Source: a virus | Lineage: Duplodnaviria > Caudoviricetes | Reading direction: 5' to 3' (one strand) | IMG/VR virus record: IMGVR_UViG_3300035633_000175 | Span: 1-30,245 of that record | Length of the DNA stretch: 30,245 nucleotides | Part shown: in pieces, positions 8,949 through 16,141 of the stretch | Layout of the letters: each line of letters opens with the position of its first letter | Position numbering within the stretch: position 1 is the stretch's first letter | The notes under the pieces: generated by a model | What the model saw: only the letters and a program-made list of their open reading frames with translations | Databases searched by the model: none | Told to the model about the DNA's origin: nothing | Position numbers and translations under genes: made by a program

Positions 8949-9401
8949 TTGAAAAACGCGTTTCACATAGCGATTAGAATAACTGTCTGGGCAGCTTTTG
9001 TGCTGGCTTTGTTTTTATTGCTATCCTGCGAGGAGGAGCCAGAAACATGGAAGCAAGACACAGAGCTCAAGCAGTACTTTGATAGGGTTTTAGACCGACT
9101 TGAAAATGATTCTTTTCCGCGCGATCAGATTGTTCTGAAAAAAGTTGACATGGGTTTCGGAGTAGCGAGGACCTATGAGCGCGGCATAATGTTTAACAAG
9201 TTCCTTTGGCCTGGATCGCCAGACAGTTACATTGAGCTGGTTATGCTTCATGAAGTTTTACATGCTTGTTATGGATGGCAGCCTGAGACGAAATTAGAAC
9301 ATGACAGAATGTTTATTAACTTTACTACACACAACTTGGAAATGATAGAAGCGCACTACGAGGAGGCTCGCGCCATTATTTCAGAAATTAATCAGCAATA
9401 A
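8949..9401 (+). CDS. Lipoprotein with HExxH zinc-metallopeptidase motif
   Basis: Signal peptide ending LLLSC (lipobox), MLHEVLHAC, and downstream H...F. TTG start. Confidence 0.6.
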   Translation: MKNAFHIAIRITVWAAFVLALFLLLSCEEEPETWKQDTELKQYFDRVLDRLENDSFPRDQIVLKKVDMGFGVARTYERGIMFNKFLWPGSPDSYIELVMLHEVLHACYGWQPETKLEHDRMFINFTTHNLEMIEAHYEEARAIISEINQQ

Positions 9402-9409
9402 AATGGAAA

Positions 9410-9775
9410 ATGGAAAAATTAATCGATCCCGCGATCGTTCAAATATTCACAGAGCACCCTTTAGCGGTAATAGCTATAATTCTATTAAACATCCTCCTCG
9501 GAGGAAGCGGGGGCTTTTTTGGTAAAAAACTAACTGACAAGGCGCAAGACCTTAAAATTGCAGCACTTATGAAAGAGATAGAGAAACTAAAGGAAGACAT
9601 GAAGGAAGTGACAGCAAAAGAGCAACGTAATGCAGAATCTGACGAAAACTTTCAATCCTTATGTAGTAGCAAGTTCGGTGAGATATCCAAAGCGCTAGGA
9701 AGGCTTGAAGAGGGACAGACCAAGATGATCGATCACGTCATTGATCTTAACAAACGAATGCCAGCCTCCGGATGA
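9410..9775 (+). CDS. Membrane-anchored coiled-coil protein in the lysis module
   Basis: One N-terminal hydrophobic helix followed by a heptad-rich charged region. Coupled to the holin gene. Confidence 0.55.
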   Translation: MEKLIDPAIVQIFTEHPLAVIAIILLNILLGGSGGFFGKKLTDKAQDLKIAALMKEIEKLKEDMKEVTAKEQRNAESDENFQSLCSSKFGEISKALGRLEEGQTKMIDHVIDLNKRMPASG

Positions 9776-9990
9776 AACAGATTATTCAAGATCAGGACGG
9801 AAGGTATAGCAGCAAGCGCGTGTCTGCTTTCCTTATGCTATTCTATGTTATGCTGCTGTATATCTGGAAAGACGTTCCTTTTGAAGACCTTCTTTTGTTC
9901 CTTGGGTTTGTTGGAACCTGCTTTGGTATATCAGGACTTGAAAAATTCAGCAAGTATGCGAGCACTAATAATTCTTCTGTTACTAAGTAG
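9772..9990 (+). CDS. Holin (two TM helices)
   Basis: 72 aa, D..G..SSKR motif, two hydrophobic segments, EKF tail. Upstream of the spanin and endolysin. Confidence 0.65.
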   Translation: MKQIIQDQDGRYSSKRVSAFLMLFYVMLLYIWKDVPFEDLLLFLGFVGTCFGISGLEKFSKYASTNNSSVTK

Positions 9991-10363
9991 CTGCAGCGCA
10001 CAGCACTATTTAAACAAAGCGCTCAAGAAAGATCCGTCTATTGTTGATACTGTATATACTTTGAGTTACGATACCGTCTGGGTAGATGTGCCTAAGGTGG
10101 TAACTGAGTTTGTTTACAACTATGACACAGTAACAATCAGCAAGGACAGCGTGATAATCAGGTTTGCATACGATACAGTGACACGCAAAGTGTTCATTGA
10201 AGCTGACTGCCCGGATTGCCCAGAGATAACCAAGACGGAGCGCATCGAGATACCAATTATTAAAGAGGACACGTTTTGGCAATGTTTTTCAACAGGCTCC
10301 AAAGGATTCGGGCTAGCTATATTTCTCGGCTTAGTTCTTTGGCTAATCAAAAACAGAAAATGA
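9956..10363 (+). CDS. Spanin-like lipoprotein (candidate unimolecular spanin)
   Basis: Start reassigned to ATG 9956. MRALIILLLLSSC lipobox, beta-rich DTV repeats, C-terminal TM helix followed by KNRK. Confidence 0.6.
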   Translation: MRALIILLLLSSCSAQHYLNKALKKDPSIVDTVYTLSYDTVWVDVPKVVTEFVYNYDTVTISKDSVIIRFAYDTVTRKVFIEADCPDCPEITKTERIEIPIIKEDTFWQCFSTGSKGFGLAIFLGLVLWLIKNRK

Positions 10364-10899
10364 CTTATCCAATTATTGAACTGGGAGGCACTTGGGCTAA
10401 CGGAGGCGCATTTCCTGAACCTCCTATCGGGATAGTTATACACAGCATGAGTGAGTATTTAGAAGGCCTGCACGCTCCTATTTGGTTAAGAGACAAGCGC
10501 AAGTTAAGCGCACACTGCTTTATATCTCCAGAAGGAGGCAGGCACCTTGGCCTTACTCCGGATCGGATTGCATACCATGCAGGAAAAGGCAAGCACCACA
10601 ACGAAGCAAGACTCAACAGTAGATTTCTAGGCATAGAGATACTACTCAAAGGCACCAACAACTGGCCGGAGCCGTTCAAGACAAACATCCACAAGCCAGA
10701 CGCGTACACAGAAGCACAGCACGAGTCGGCTGCTATACACTGCGCTAGCTTAATGGCAAAAATTCCTTCAATAAACCCAAACAACATCCTAGGCCATAGC
10801 GATGTATCCGGGCGACAGTTTCGCGAGGACTACAAGGTAGACCCGGGCCAAGGCTGGAGCTGGTATAAATTCTTTAGCTACCTCGGTAAGTTTTCATAA
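10360..10899 (+). CDS. Endolysin, N-acetylmuramoyl-L-alanine amidase (Amidase_2)
   Basis: IVIHS, SAH.FI, AYHAG, N...LGIE, GHSDV and K.DPG motifs. ATG 10360 overlaps the upstream stop. Confidence 0.9.
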   Translation: MTYPIIELGGTWANGGAFPEPPIGIVIHSMSEYLEGLHAPIWLRDKRKLSAHCFISPEGGRHLGLTPDRIAYHAGKGKHHNEARLNSRFLGIEILLKGTNNWPEPFKTNIHKPDAYTEAQHESAAIHCASLMAKIPSINPNNILGHSDVSGRQFREDYKVDPGQGWSWYKFFSYLGKFS

Positions 10900-10905
10900 A
10901 ATTTT

Positions 10906-10960
10906 ATTGTTTTGTTAAAAATTTGTGTTATTATTGCATAACACAAACAAACAAAACAAT
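10906..10960 (+). promoter_or_regulatory. Putative Bacteroidota sigma-A-type early promoter nested in a bipartite inverted repeat
   Basis: ATTG(10906)-19 nt-TATTATTG(10929), one mismatch each to TTTG/TAnnTTTG. Arms 10906-10916/10950-10960 and 10922-10931/10938-10947 are perfect reverse complements. Confidence 0.55.
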
Positions 10961-11210
10961 GAAAACGTTCAAAGACCTCAAGTTTAAAGATCATCCGCTA
11001 GGCCCTAGCAAAGGCATTCACGCGAAGATGTGGTTTCCAGACGGCTCACACATAAGTGTCATTCAAGGGCCAGGTTTCTACTGCACTGTTGGCGCATCAT
11101 ACGAAGTGCTGTCGTCCCGTTTCCACAGAAAAGGAGGTGTGCGAGGCTGGATGTCTAAGCAGCAGATCACGTCTCACATGAAGTACATCCAAAACAACCC
11201 TATAAAATGA
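10959..11210 (+). CDS. Hypothetical early protein
   Basis: ATG 10959 after an (AAAC)n leader. MKTFKDLKF N-terminus. ATGA-coupled to the next gene. Confidence 0.7.
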   Translation: MKTFKDLKFKDHPLGPSKGIHAKMWFPDGSHISVIQGPGFYCTVGASYEVLSSRFHRKGGVRGWMSKQQITSHMKYIQNNPIK

Positions 11211-11572
11211 AAAAAATTCAAATTAAATCTCTCTGGGGCAAACATTTATTTGAGTTCGAGTCTCAAGATAACTCAATAAAATCAACATTGGAAAAGGCTG
11301 TGAGTGATAGTGCATTCCTCCGTCACGCAAACCTTCATAGTGTAGACTTACATGGCGCAAACCTTAGTGGCGCAAACCTCCAAGGCGCAGACTTTCAAGA
11401 AGCAAACCTTAGTGGCGCAGACCTTCGTGGTGCAGACCTTAGTGGTGCAGACCTTAGTTACGCAGACCTTAGTGGTGCCAACCTTCGTAATGCAGACCTT
11501 TATGGCGCAGACCTTCGTGGTGCAGACCTTAGTGGCGCAGACTTCTACCTCCGATACAACACTATAATATGA
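11207..11572 (+). CDS. Pentapeptide repeat protein
   Basis: About 16 A(D/N)Lxx repeats after a short N-terminal domain. Confidence 0.9.
   Translation: MKKIQIKSLWGKHLFEFESQDNSIKSTLEKAVSDSAFLRHANLHSVDLHGANLSGANLQGADFQEANLSGADLRGADLSGADLSYADLSGANLRNADLYGADLRGADLSGADFYLRYNTII
11312..11551 (+). repeat. 15-bp degenerate coding tandem repeat (consensus GCAGACCTTAGTGGY), about 16 units
   Basis: Directly visible. Encodes the pentapeptide repeats. Confidence 0.9.
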
Positions 11573-11904
11573 CTACAGAAGAATTCAACTACTTAATGAA
11601 CATCCTGCCGTCCATCCATCTGGACGTGCAAGGCGATAAGCACGCAAGCTTCCAAGGCTACGAAATTAACCCGTCAGAGACTTACACAGTCTATGCTGAC
11701 ATTCACATTGTCACAGAGCACAACGGCGCAGACAGAGTAGACTGGTATAAGAGCGCAGGCATGTATCCCGGCGTCAGGCACACGCACGTAGAGATCAACG
11801 ACCTAGCAATCTGGGACACAGTCAAAGAGTCATACGAGCGCTTAACTGTTAAGCAGATCCTACGAGCAGAGGAGTACTTGAAATCTAAAATGGATGTAAT
11901 ATGA
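11569..11904 (+). CDS. Hypothetical protein
   Basis: ATGA overlaps at both ends. Confidence 0.7.
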   Translation: MTTEEFNYLMNILPSIHLDVQGDKHASFQGYEINPSETYTVYADIHIVTEHNGADRVDWYKSAGMYPGVRHTHVEINDLAIWDTVKESYERLTVKQILRAEEYLKSKMDVI

Positions 11905-12224
11905 AGACGTTTAAACTCACAGGAAAAAAAGAGCTAGGAGCGCACTATATGGAGTTCCTGCATGTGGTGCGCGGAGACGAGCGCGAAGACTTTGACGCAG
12001 TATGGCGCATGGGTCAGCTAGGCCTTAAGCGACCATTGATTCGGGTTGCTGGAGACATTACAGTCCGGACAGCGCTGAAGCACACCAACAACCTGGTAAT
12101 CCGAAAGAATGATGTAGACTACATCCTGCTGTCTATGGATAAGCAGTCAGGAAGATACACATTTGTGAATGAGTCCGGACATCTTATTGTCAACGACTAT
12201 TGGGAGGAGCGTCATGGATCTTGA
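11901..12224 (+). CDS. Hypothetical protein
   Basis: ATGA overlap with the upstream gene. 107 aa. Confidence 0.65.
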   Translation: MKTFKLTGKKELGAHYMEFLHVVRGDEREDFDAVWRMGQLGLKRPLIRVAGDITVRTALKHTNNLVIRKNDVDYILLSMDKQSGRYTFVNESGHLIVNDYWEERHGS

Positions 12225-12624
12225 TACAGTACAGCACAACCTGAAGCACATCCGCAGCGTTATTGAAGACCCTGTTGAGCCAAGGATTGAGAATATCAAC
12301 GAGCTTATCGATAAAGGAGTGCAGCTTGTAAACCTAGCAGGCCTAGCAGCAGAGTGCGAAGCACAAGCCAGGCGTCTCATGGATGAAGCAATAGCAAACG
12401 AGATACTAGAGCTAACAACCAACGAAGCACTTTTAAAGAGCACTACAGCAACGAACGTGACTTTGATAGCTAAGGGTAAGGCTGCGCGGTTTACAGGCGT
12501 GTATGAGTACGCAATACGCCTTAACCGAGGGATTAGCCACCACGTTGATCTTTTACGGAGCGTGATTAGCCTCTATAAGGAGGAAATGCATAAATTAGAC
12601 ATCACTAATCAAATAAACCAATGA
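12214..12624 (+). CDS. Hypothetical helical protein
   Basis: Start reassigned to ATG 12214. C-terminal NR...H..D.LRS.IS..KEE pattern recalls Bacteroidota phage proteins. Confidence 0.65.
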   Translation: MDLDTVQHNLKHIRSVIEDPVEPRIENINELIDKGVQLVNLAGLAAECEAQARRLMDEAIANEILELTTNEALLKSTTATNVTLIAKGKAARFTGVYEYAIRLNRGISHHVDLLRSVISLYKEEMHKLDITNQINQ

Positions 12625-12776
12625 TGATAGATTTTATAATTAACCTACATCTGCTGCGGCCGCTAAAAAGCGAGCAGCAATCAAAGCCTAAGGTTTTAAG
12701 AACAACTTGGGGCAACTGGTATCCACTTAACAGAAACAGAAAATCCAGCTTGGAGGGCTGGCGCAAAGATTTATGA
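12621..12776 (+). CDS. Small hypothetical protein (51 aa, not in the ORF track)
   Basis: MMIDFIINLHLLRPLK...WRKDL. Exactly fills the gap, with ATGA overlaps at both ends. Confidence 0.5.
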   Translation: MMIDFIINLHLLRPLKSEQQSKPKVLRTTWGNWYPLNRNRKSSLEGWRKDL

Positions 12777-13189
12777 GAACAAGAACAATTATCACCAGGG
12801 TCATGGAGTTTGACGCTGGTCACATGCTAAAAAGCCACCTAGGCTTCTGCAAGCACGCACACGGGCACAGGTACAGACTTGAAGTGTCTGTGCAAGGCGA
12901 AATCCAAGAGGAAGGATGCGAAACTGGAATGGTGAAGGACTTCAGCTTCATAAAGAAAATGCTTATGGACAGGGTACACGCGATCCTAGACCACAGCTTT
13001 ATGATAGAGCACAATGATCCACGCAACACAAGCTACAATCCAGACGAGCAAGGCAGAGCATCCGGGACAAGCGGAGCAGACATAGAAAGAATCGAAGCAT
13101 TCCACAAAATAGGTCGGCAAGACCCTGTGGAATATGTGAAGCCTTGGAGCGAAGTGCTTGACCATGCGTTAGGCGTTCTCAACAAGTAA
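12773..13189 (+). CDS. queD: Chimeric QueD (6-carboxytetrahydropterin synthase) N-terminus fused to a QueC C-terminal fragment; probable deletion remnant
   Basis: FDAGH, CxxxHGH, GMV.DF and LDH motifs of QueD, then NTSY.P...GR.SG.SGADIER..AF..IGR.DPVEY, which I recognise as the Cys-less Bacteroidota QueC C-terminus. Confidence 0.75.
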   Translation: MRTRTIITRVMEFDAGHMLKSHLGFCKHAHGHRYRLEVSVQGEIQEEGCETGMVKDFSFIKKMLMDRVHAILDHSFMIEHNDPRNTSYNPDEQGRASGTSGADIERIEAFHKIGRQDPVEYVKPWSEVLDHALGVLNK

Positions 13190-13195
13190 ACCACC

Positions 13196-13215
13196 GGGCA
13201 GTCTTCGGGCTGCCC
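13196..13215 (+). promoter_or_regulatory. GC-rich hairpin with cUUCGg tetraloop (weak terminator or mRNA stability element)
   Basis: GGGCAGTC-TTCG-GGCTGCCC with only a weak T tract after it. Confidence 0.6.
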
Positions 13216-13230
13216 CTAACTTCTTAACTA

Positions 13231-13818
13231 ATGGCAAAAGACCCTGCATTCTTATTTTACCCTAACGACTGGATAGGAGGCACCATGGGCATGACGTTCG
13301 AAGAAAAAGGCGCATATATGGAGCTTCTTATGCTGCAGTTTAACCGTGGTCATATGACCACACATATGATAGGTCAAACAGTTGGTCAACTGTGGGGTCA
13401 AATTAAGGACAAGTTTTCCCAAGACAGTGAAGGCTTATGGTATAACCCACGACTGGAAGAGGAACAAGAAAAGCGAAAAAAGTACACTAACAGTCGTAGA
13501 AACAACATTTTAGGCAAAAATCAGCACTCCAAATCCAAAGGCCGTATGGGAGGTCATATGACCAAACATATGGAAAATGTAAATGTAAATGTAAATACTA
13601 TACCCAGTATAGAAGTATTTATAGCTTATGCTATGGAAAGGAAACCAAACGTGAACAAAGAAGCTGTTGAGCTGAAGTATTACGCATGGAAAGACAACGG
13701 CTGGAAGACCACTGGAGCCAAGGGCAGGCAAATCAAAAACTGGAAAAGCACACTGCTCAACACGCTGCCTCATTTGAAGGAAAACAGCAAGGACGATTTA
13801 TTCTCCCAATACAAATGA
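13231..13818 (+). CDS. Phage replication initiator (DUF1376/YdaU-like N-terminal domain)
   Basis: KDPAFLFYPNDW..GT..M..EE.GAY..LL..Q, N.RL..E, NVNVNVN linker, and C-terminal YY....GW......IKNWK motif. Upstream of the helicase genes. Confidence 0.75.
   Translation: MAKDPAFLFYPNDWIGGTMGMTFEEKGAYMELLMLQFNRGHMTTHMIGQTVGQLWGQIKDKFSQDSEGLWYNPRLEEEQEKRKKYTNSRRNNILGKNQHSKSKGRMGGHMTKHMENVNVNVNTIPSIEVFIAYAMERKPNVNKEAVELKYYAWKDNGWKTTGAKGRQIKNWKSTLLNTLPHLKENSKDDLFSQYK
13346..13600. repeat. Iteron-like palindromes and 12-bp-period repeats inside the initiator gene (candidate ori)
   Basis: GTGGTCATATGACCAC palindrome at 13346-13361. GGTCA at 13348, 13372, 13384, 13396. Second GGTCATATGACC at 13552-13563, followed by AT-rich (AAATGT)n. 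Confidence 0.55.
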
Positions 13819-14360
13819 TCTACACGAAACAAGGAAGAACAATTCTTGAACGAGCGATTTTAAGCTCATTTGCGCTCGAAAACACCTTCTCTGATAGTCT
13901 TACACTACTGGAGGAGAGATCGTTCAGCACAGCGCACCGTAGAGCGTACAGCGCGATGAAACGCGCCCACGATAGTGGTGCCACAGTCAATTTGGTGACA
14001 ATCTGCCATAATTACGATGGAAATGCGCTTGAAATAGTGAATCTGCTCACGCATGGATACACACGCACGGCAACCAAAGAGCTTATGCTTATTCTGCTGC
14101 AGTACAATCTATGGGATGCAATCCAAGCAATAGGAAAGCAAGAACAGCAGTCTGCGGACAACATCGTGGTCACTTATGCGACAGAGATGCTCGGCTTGCT
14201 AGAGGAGCTATCAGACCCATTGGAGCTGCTGCCTTATGTGGACCTGCTTAAACAAGCAATACCCAACAGCAGTCTCTACGAAAAAATGAATCAACTACGA
14301 ACACGATTTGAAAAGCGATGTCAGAAAATACAGAAATTAGAAAGCAGTTCTTTGAGTTAA
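13815..14360 (+). CDS. DnaB N-terminal-domain-like protein
   Basis: LERAILS...L....F...HR..Y.AM......G..VNLVTI pattern. ATG 13815 overlaps the initiator stop. Confidence 0.6.
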   Translation: MIYTKQGRTILERAILSSFALENTFSDSLTLLEERSFSTAHRRAYSAMKRAHDSGATVNLVTICHNYDGNALEIVNLLTHGYTRTATKELMLILLQYNLWDAIQAIGKQEQQSADNIVVTYATEMLGLLEELSDPLELLPYVDLLKQAIPNSSLYEKMNQLRTRFEKRCQKIQKLESSSLS

Positions 14361-15310
14361 GGTCCCAAGTAAAATCAAAGGCAGAAAACTACGACGGCAT
14401 AATTCCTGTCAATAGCAAGCTGATACTGGAGGAGTATGAGCTGGGCGCAAACACTTTCGACTCTTGTAACATAGCGCAAATGGCAGAGAATTTCTGCTGG
14501 CGCAGGACAGACCAAAACGTGTTCACAGGATACGCGAACGACGGCAAGACACTGTTCACGCTTTTTCTAATGGCTGTCAAGGCGCTCACCTCCGACTGGA
14601 GGTTTGTGCTGTGGAGTCCGGAGATGCGCAGCGCCACCTACATGCAGAACGAAGTAGTCGTTCACTATAATGCGCTGGTACTGGAGTTTGTCTGGATGAT
14701 GACAAAGAAAACACCATATAAAAGCGTTCACCGAAGATGGGGTACTAAACTAGCGACAGTGGAAGAAGTTGCGCACTGGGTAGACTGGACAAAAGATCAC
14801 TTCATATTTCTTGATCCTAAAGAGAAAACCCCCGAGCGCATATACGATCTGCTAAAAGACTTGTATGATGACATAGGCTACGACGCTGTCCTAATAGACC
14901 CATTCAAGAACGTTCATCAGGTTATTAACATGCGGGACGACATCTACCTGGACAGGTTGTTTGATACCTTCAAAGACTTAGCTATACGCACGAACACGGT
15001 AATGAACTGGATCGCTCACCCAAAGAGCAATATAGAACGCGTAAGAATTAAGGACGGCAACAGAATCCGCATGCCTTGTGATCAGCACATGCTTGCAGGA
15101 GGCGCAGCCTGGGAAAACAATATGGACGGCATTTATAGCATATTTCGGCCTAACCTACTGGAGAACATCCGCGACAAATCTGTGACATTCTTCAACCTCA
15201 AGCAGCGCAGGCAGGAGCTCACTGTACTACGCGGAGCAGTGGAAGGCATTCAGTTCGAACCCAGCCAGAGACGATACTATTTCGACGGGCATGACCCACT
15301 AAATTTTTAG
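14318..15310 (+). CDS. SF4 (DnaB/T7 gp4/Twinkle-like) helicase motor domain
   Basis: Walker A TGYANDGKT, WSPEM, Walker B VLIDPF, IAHPK, LAGGAAWENNMD, and K.R finger. Confidence 0.85.
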   Translation: MSENTEIRKQFFELRSQVKSKAENYDGIIPVNSKLILEEYELGANTFDSCNIAQMAENFCWRRTDQNVFTGYANDGKTLFTLFLMAVKALTSDWRFVLWSPEMRSATYMQNEVVVHYNALVLEFVWMMTKKTPYKSVHRRWGTKLATVEEVAHWVDWTKDHFIFLDPKEKTPERIYDLLKDLYDDIGYDAVLIDPFKNVHQVINMRDDIYLDRLFDTFKDLAIRTNTVMNWIAHPKSNIERVRIKDGNRIRMPCDQHMLAGGAAWENNMDGIYSIFRPNLLENIRDKSVTFFNLKQRRQELTVLRGAVEGIQFEPSQRRYYFDGHDPLNF

Positions 15311-15346
15311 TATATTTACCAAAACTTATAACAAAACAGAAAAAAT

Positions 15347-16141
15347 TTGAAAGAGCTAATAATTAAACAGTTGACGGACCAGGAACCAGAGGCTGTTGAG
15401 AAGTTTGCTGCATACTGCACTAGGCTGCAGGTAGAGAAGAACAGGGACGGGAACGCGAAAAACCCATGGATGCAGAATCGCAAGCCCGAAGACTTAGCTG
15501 CCTTGTTTCGGCGTGTACAAAAAGACGGCCTGGTGTTTGATGGCGTTCATGTTACGCTACAAAAGACAGGAGTCAATTATGACTATGTAGCCTACAAGAA
15601 TAAAATGCTGATCGCCTATCCGGAGACGCTTATAGACGTAGGTATGGTCTACGACGGAGACGAGTTCTATTTCAGCAAGGAGAACGGGCATGTGAAGTAC
15701 AGACACATAATGAAGACAGCGTTCCAAGCAGAGCACAACGACGAAAAAATCATCGGAGGCTACTGCATAGTAAAAAACAGCCGAGGAGAGTTTATTACGT
15801 TGCTAACAAGGGACGAAATCAGCAAGCATAGAAAGGTAGCTAAAACAGACACAATCTGGACGCAGTGGTTTAAAGAGATGTGCTTGAAAACTTTAATCAA
15901 GAAAGCTGCTAAGATGCACTTCGACGATCTGTATGAAAACATCAACACACTTGACAACGAGAACAGCGATGTAGAGAAGCAGGTATTCGACCACGAGGTA
16001 GACAACTTAAGGCATCTGATAGTAGAAAAGCTGCAGATCTACCAAGGCGAGGACAAGCTGCAGATCACTAAACAGTGCAAAGCGCTTAACGAAAAAGGCT
16101 GGACTGTAGAAGCTGCTAACGAAATACTCAAGAAGCTATGA
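15347..16141 (+). CDS. recT: RecT-family single-strand annealing protein
   Basis: VY.GDEF, IIGGY, EI.K.R..AK...W..W..EM.LKT.IK motifs. Paired with the exonuclease. TTG start. Confidence 0.8.
   Translation: MKELIIKQLTDQEPEAVEKFAAYCTRLQVEKNRDGNAKNPWMQNRKPEDLAALFRRVQKDGLVFDGVHVTLQKTGVNYDYVAYKNKMLIAYPETLIDVGMVYDGDEFYFSKENGHVKYRHIMKTAFQAEHNDEKIIGGYCIVKNSRGEFITLLTRDEISKHRKVAKTDTIWTQWFKEMCLKTLIKKAAKMHFDDLYENINTLDNENSDVEKQVFDHEVDNLRHLIVEKLQIYQGEDKLQITKQCKALNEKGWTVEAANEILKKL

Noticed and set aside
11312-11551. Possible CRISPR array
   Set aside because: Contiguous coding repeats with no unique spacers, and no cas genes.
11352-11567. Alternate-frame ORF with AQTLV repeats
   Set aside because: By-product of the stop-free 15-bp repeat of the pentapeptide gene.
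14280-14360. Programmed frameshift fusing the DnaB-N ORF to the helicase motor
   Set aside because: The A run near 14281 is followed by a stop in the -1 frame before 14318, and I see no X XXY YYZ heptamer in the overlap.
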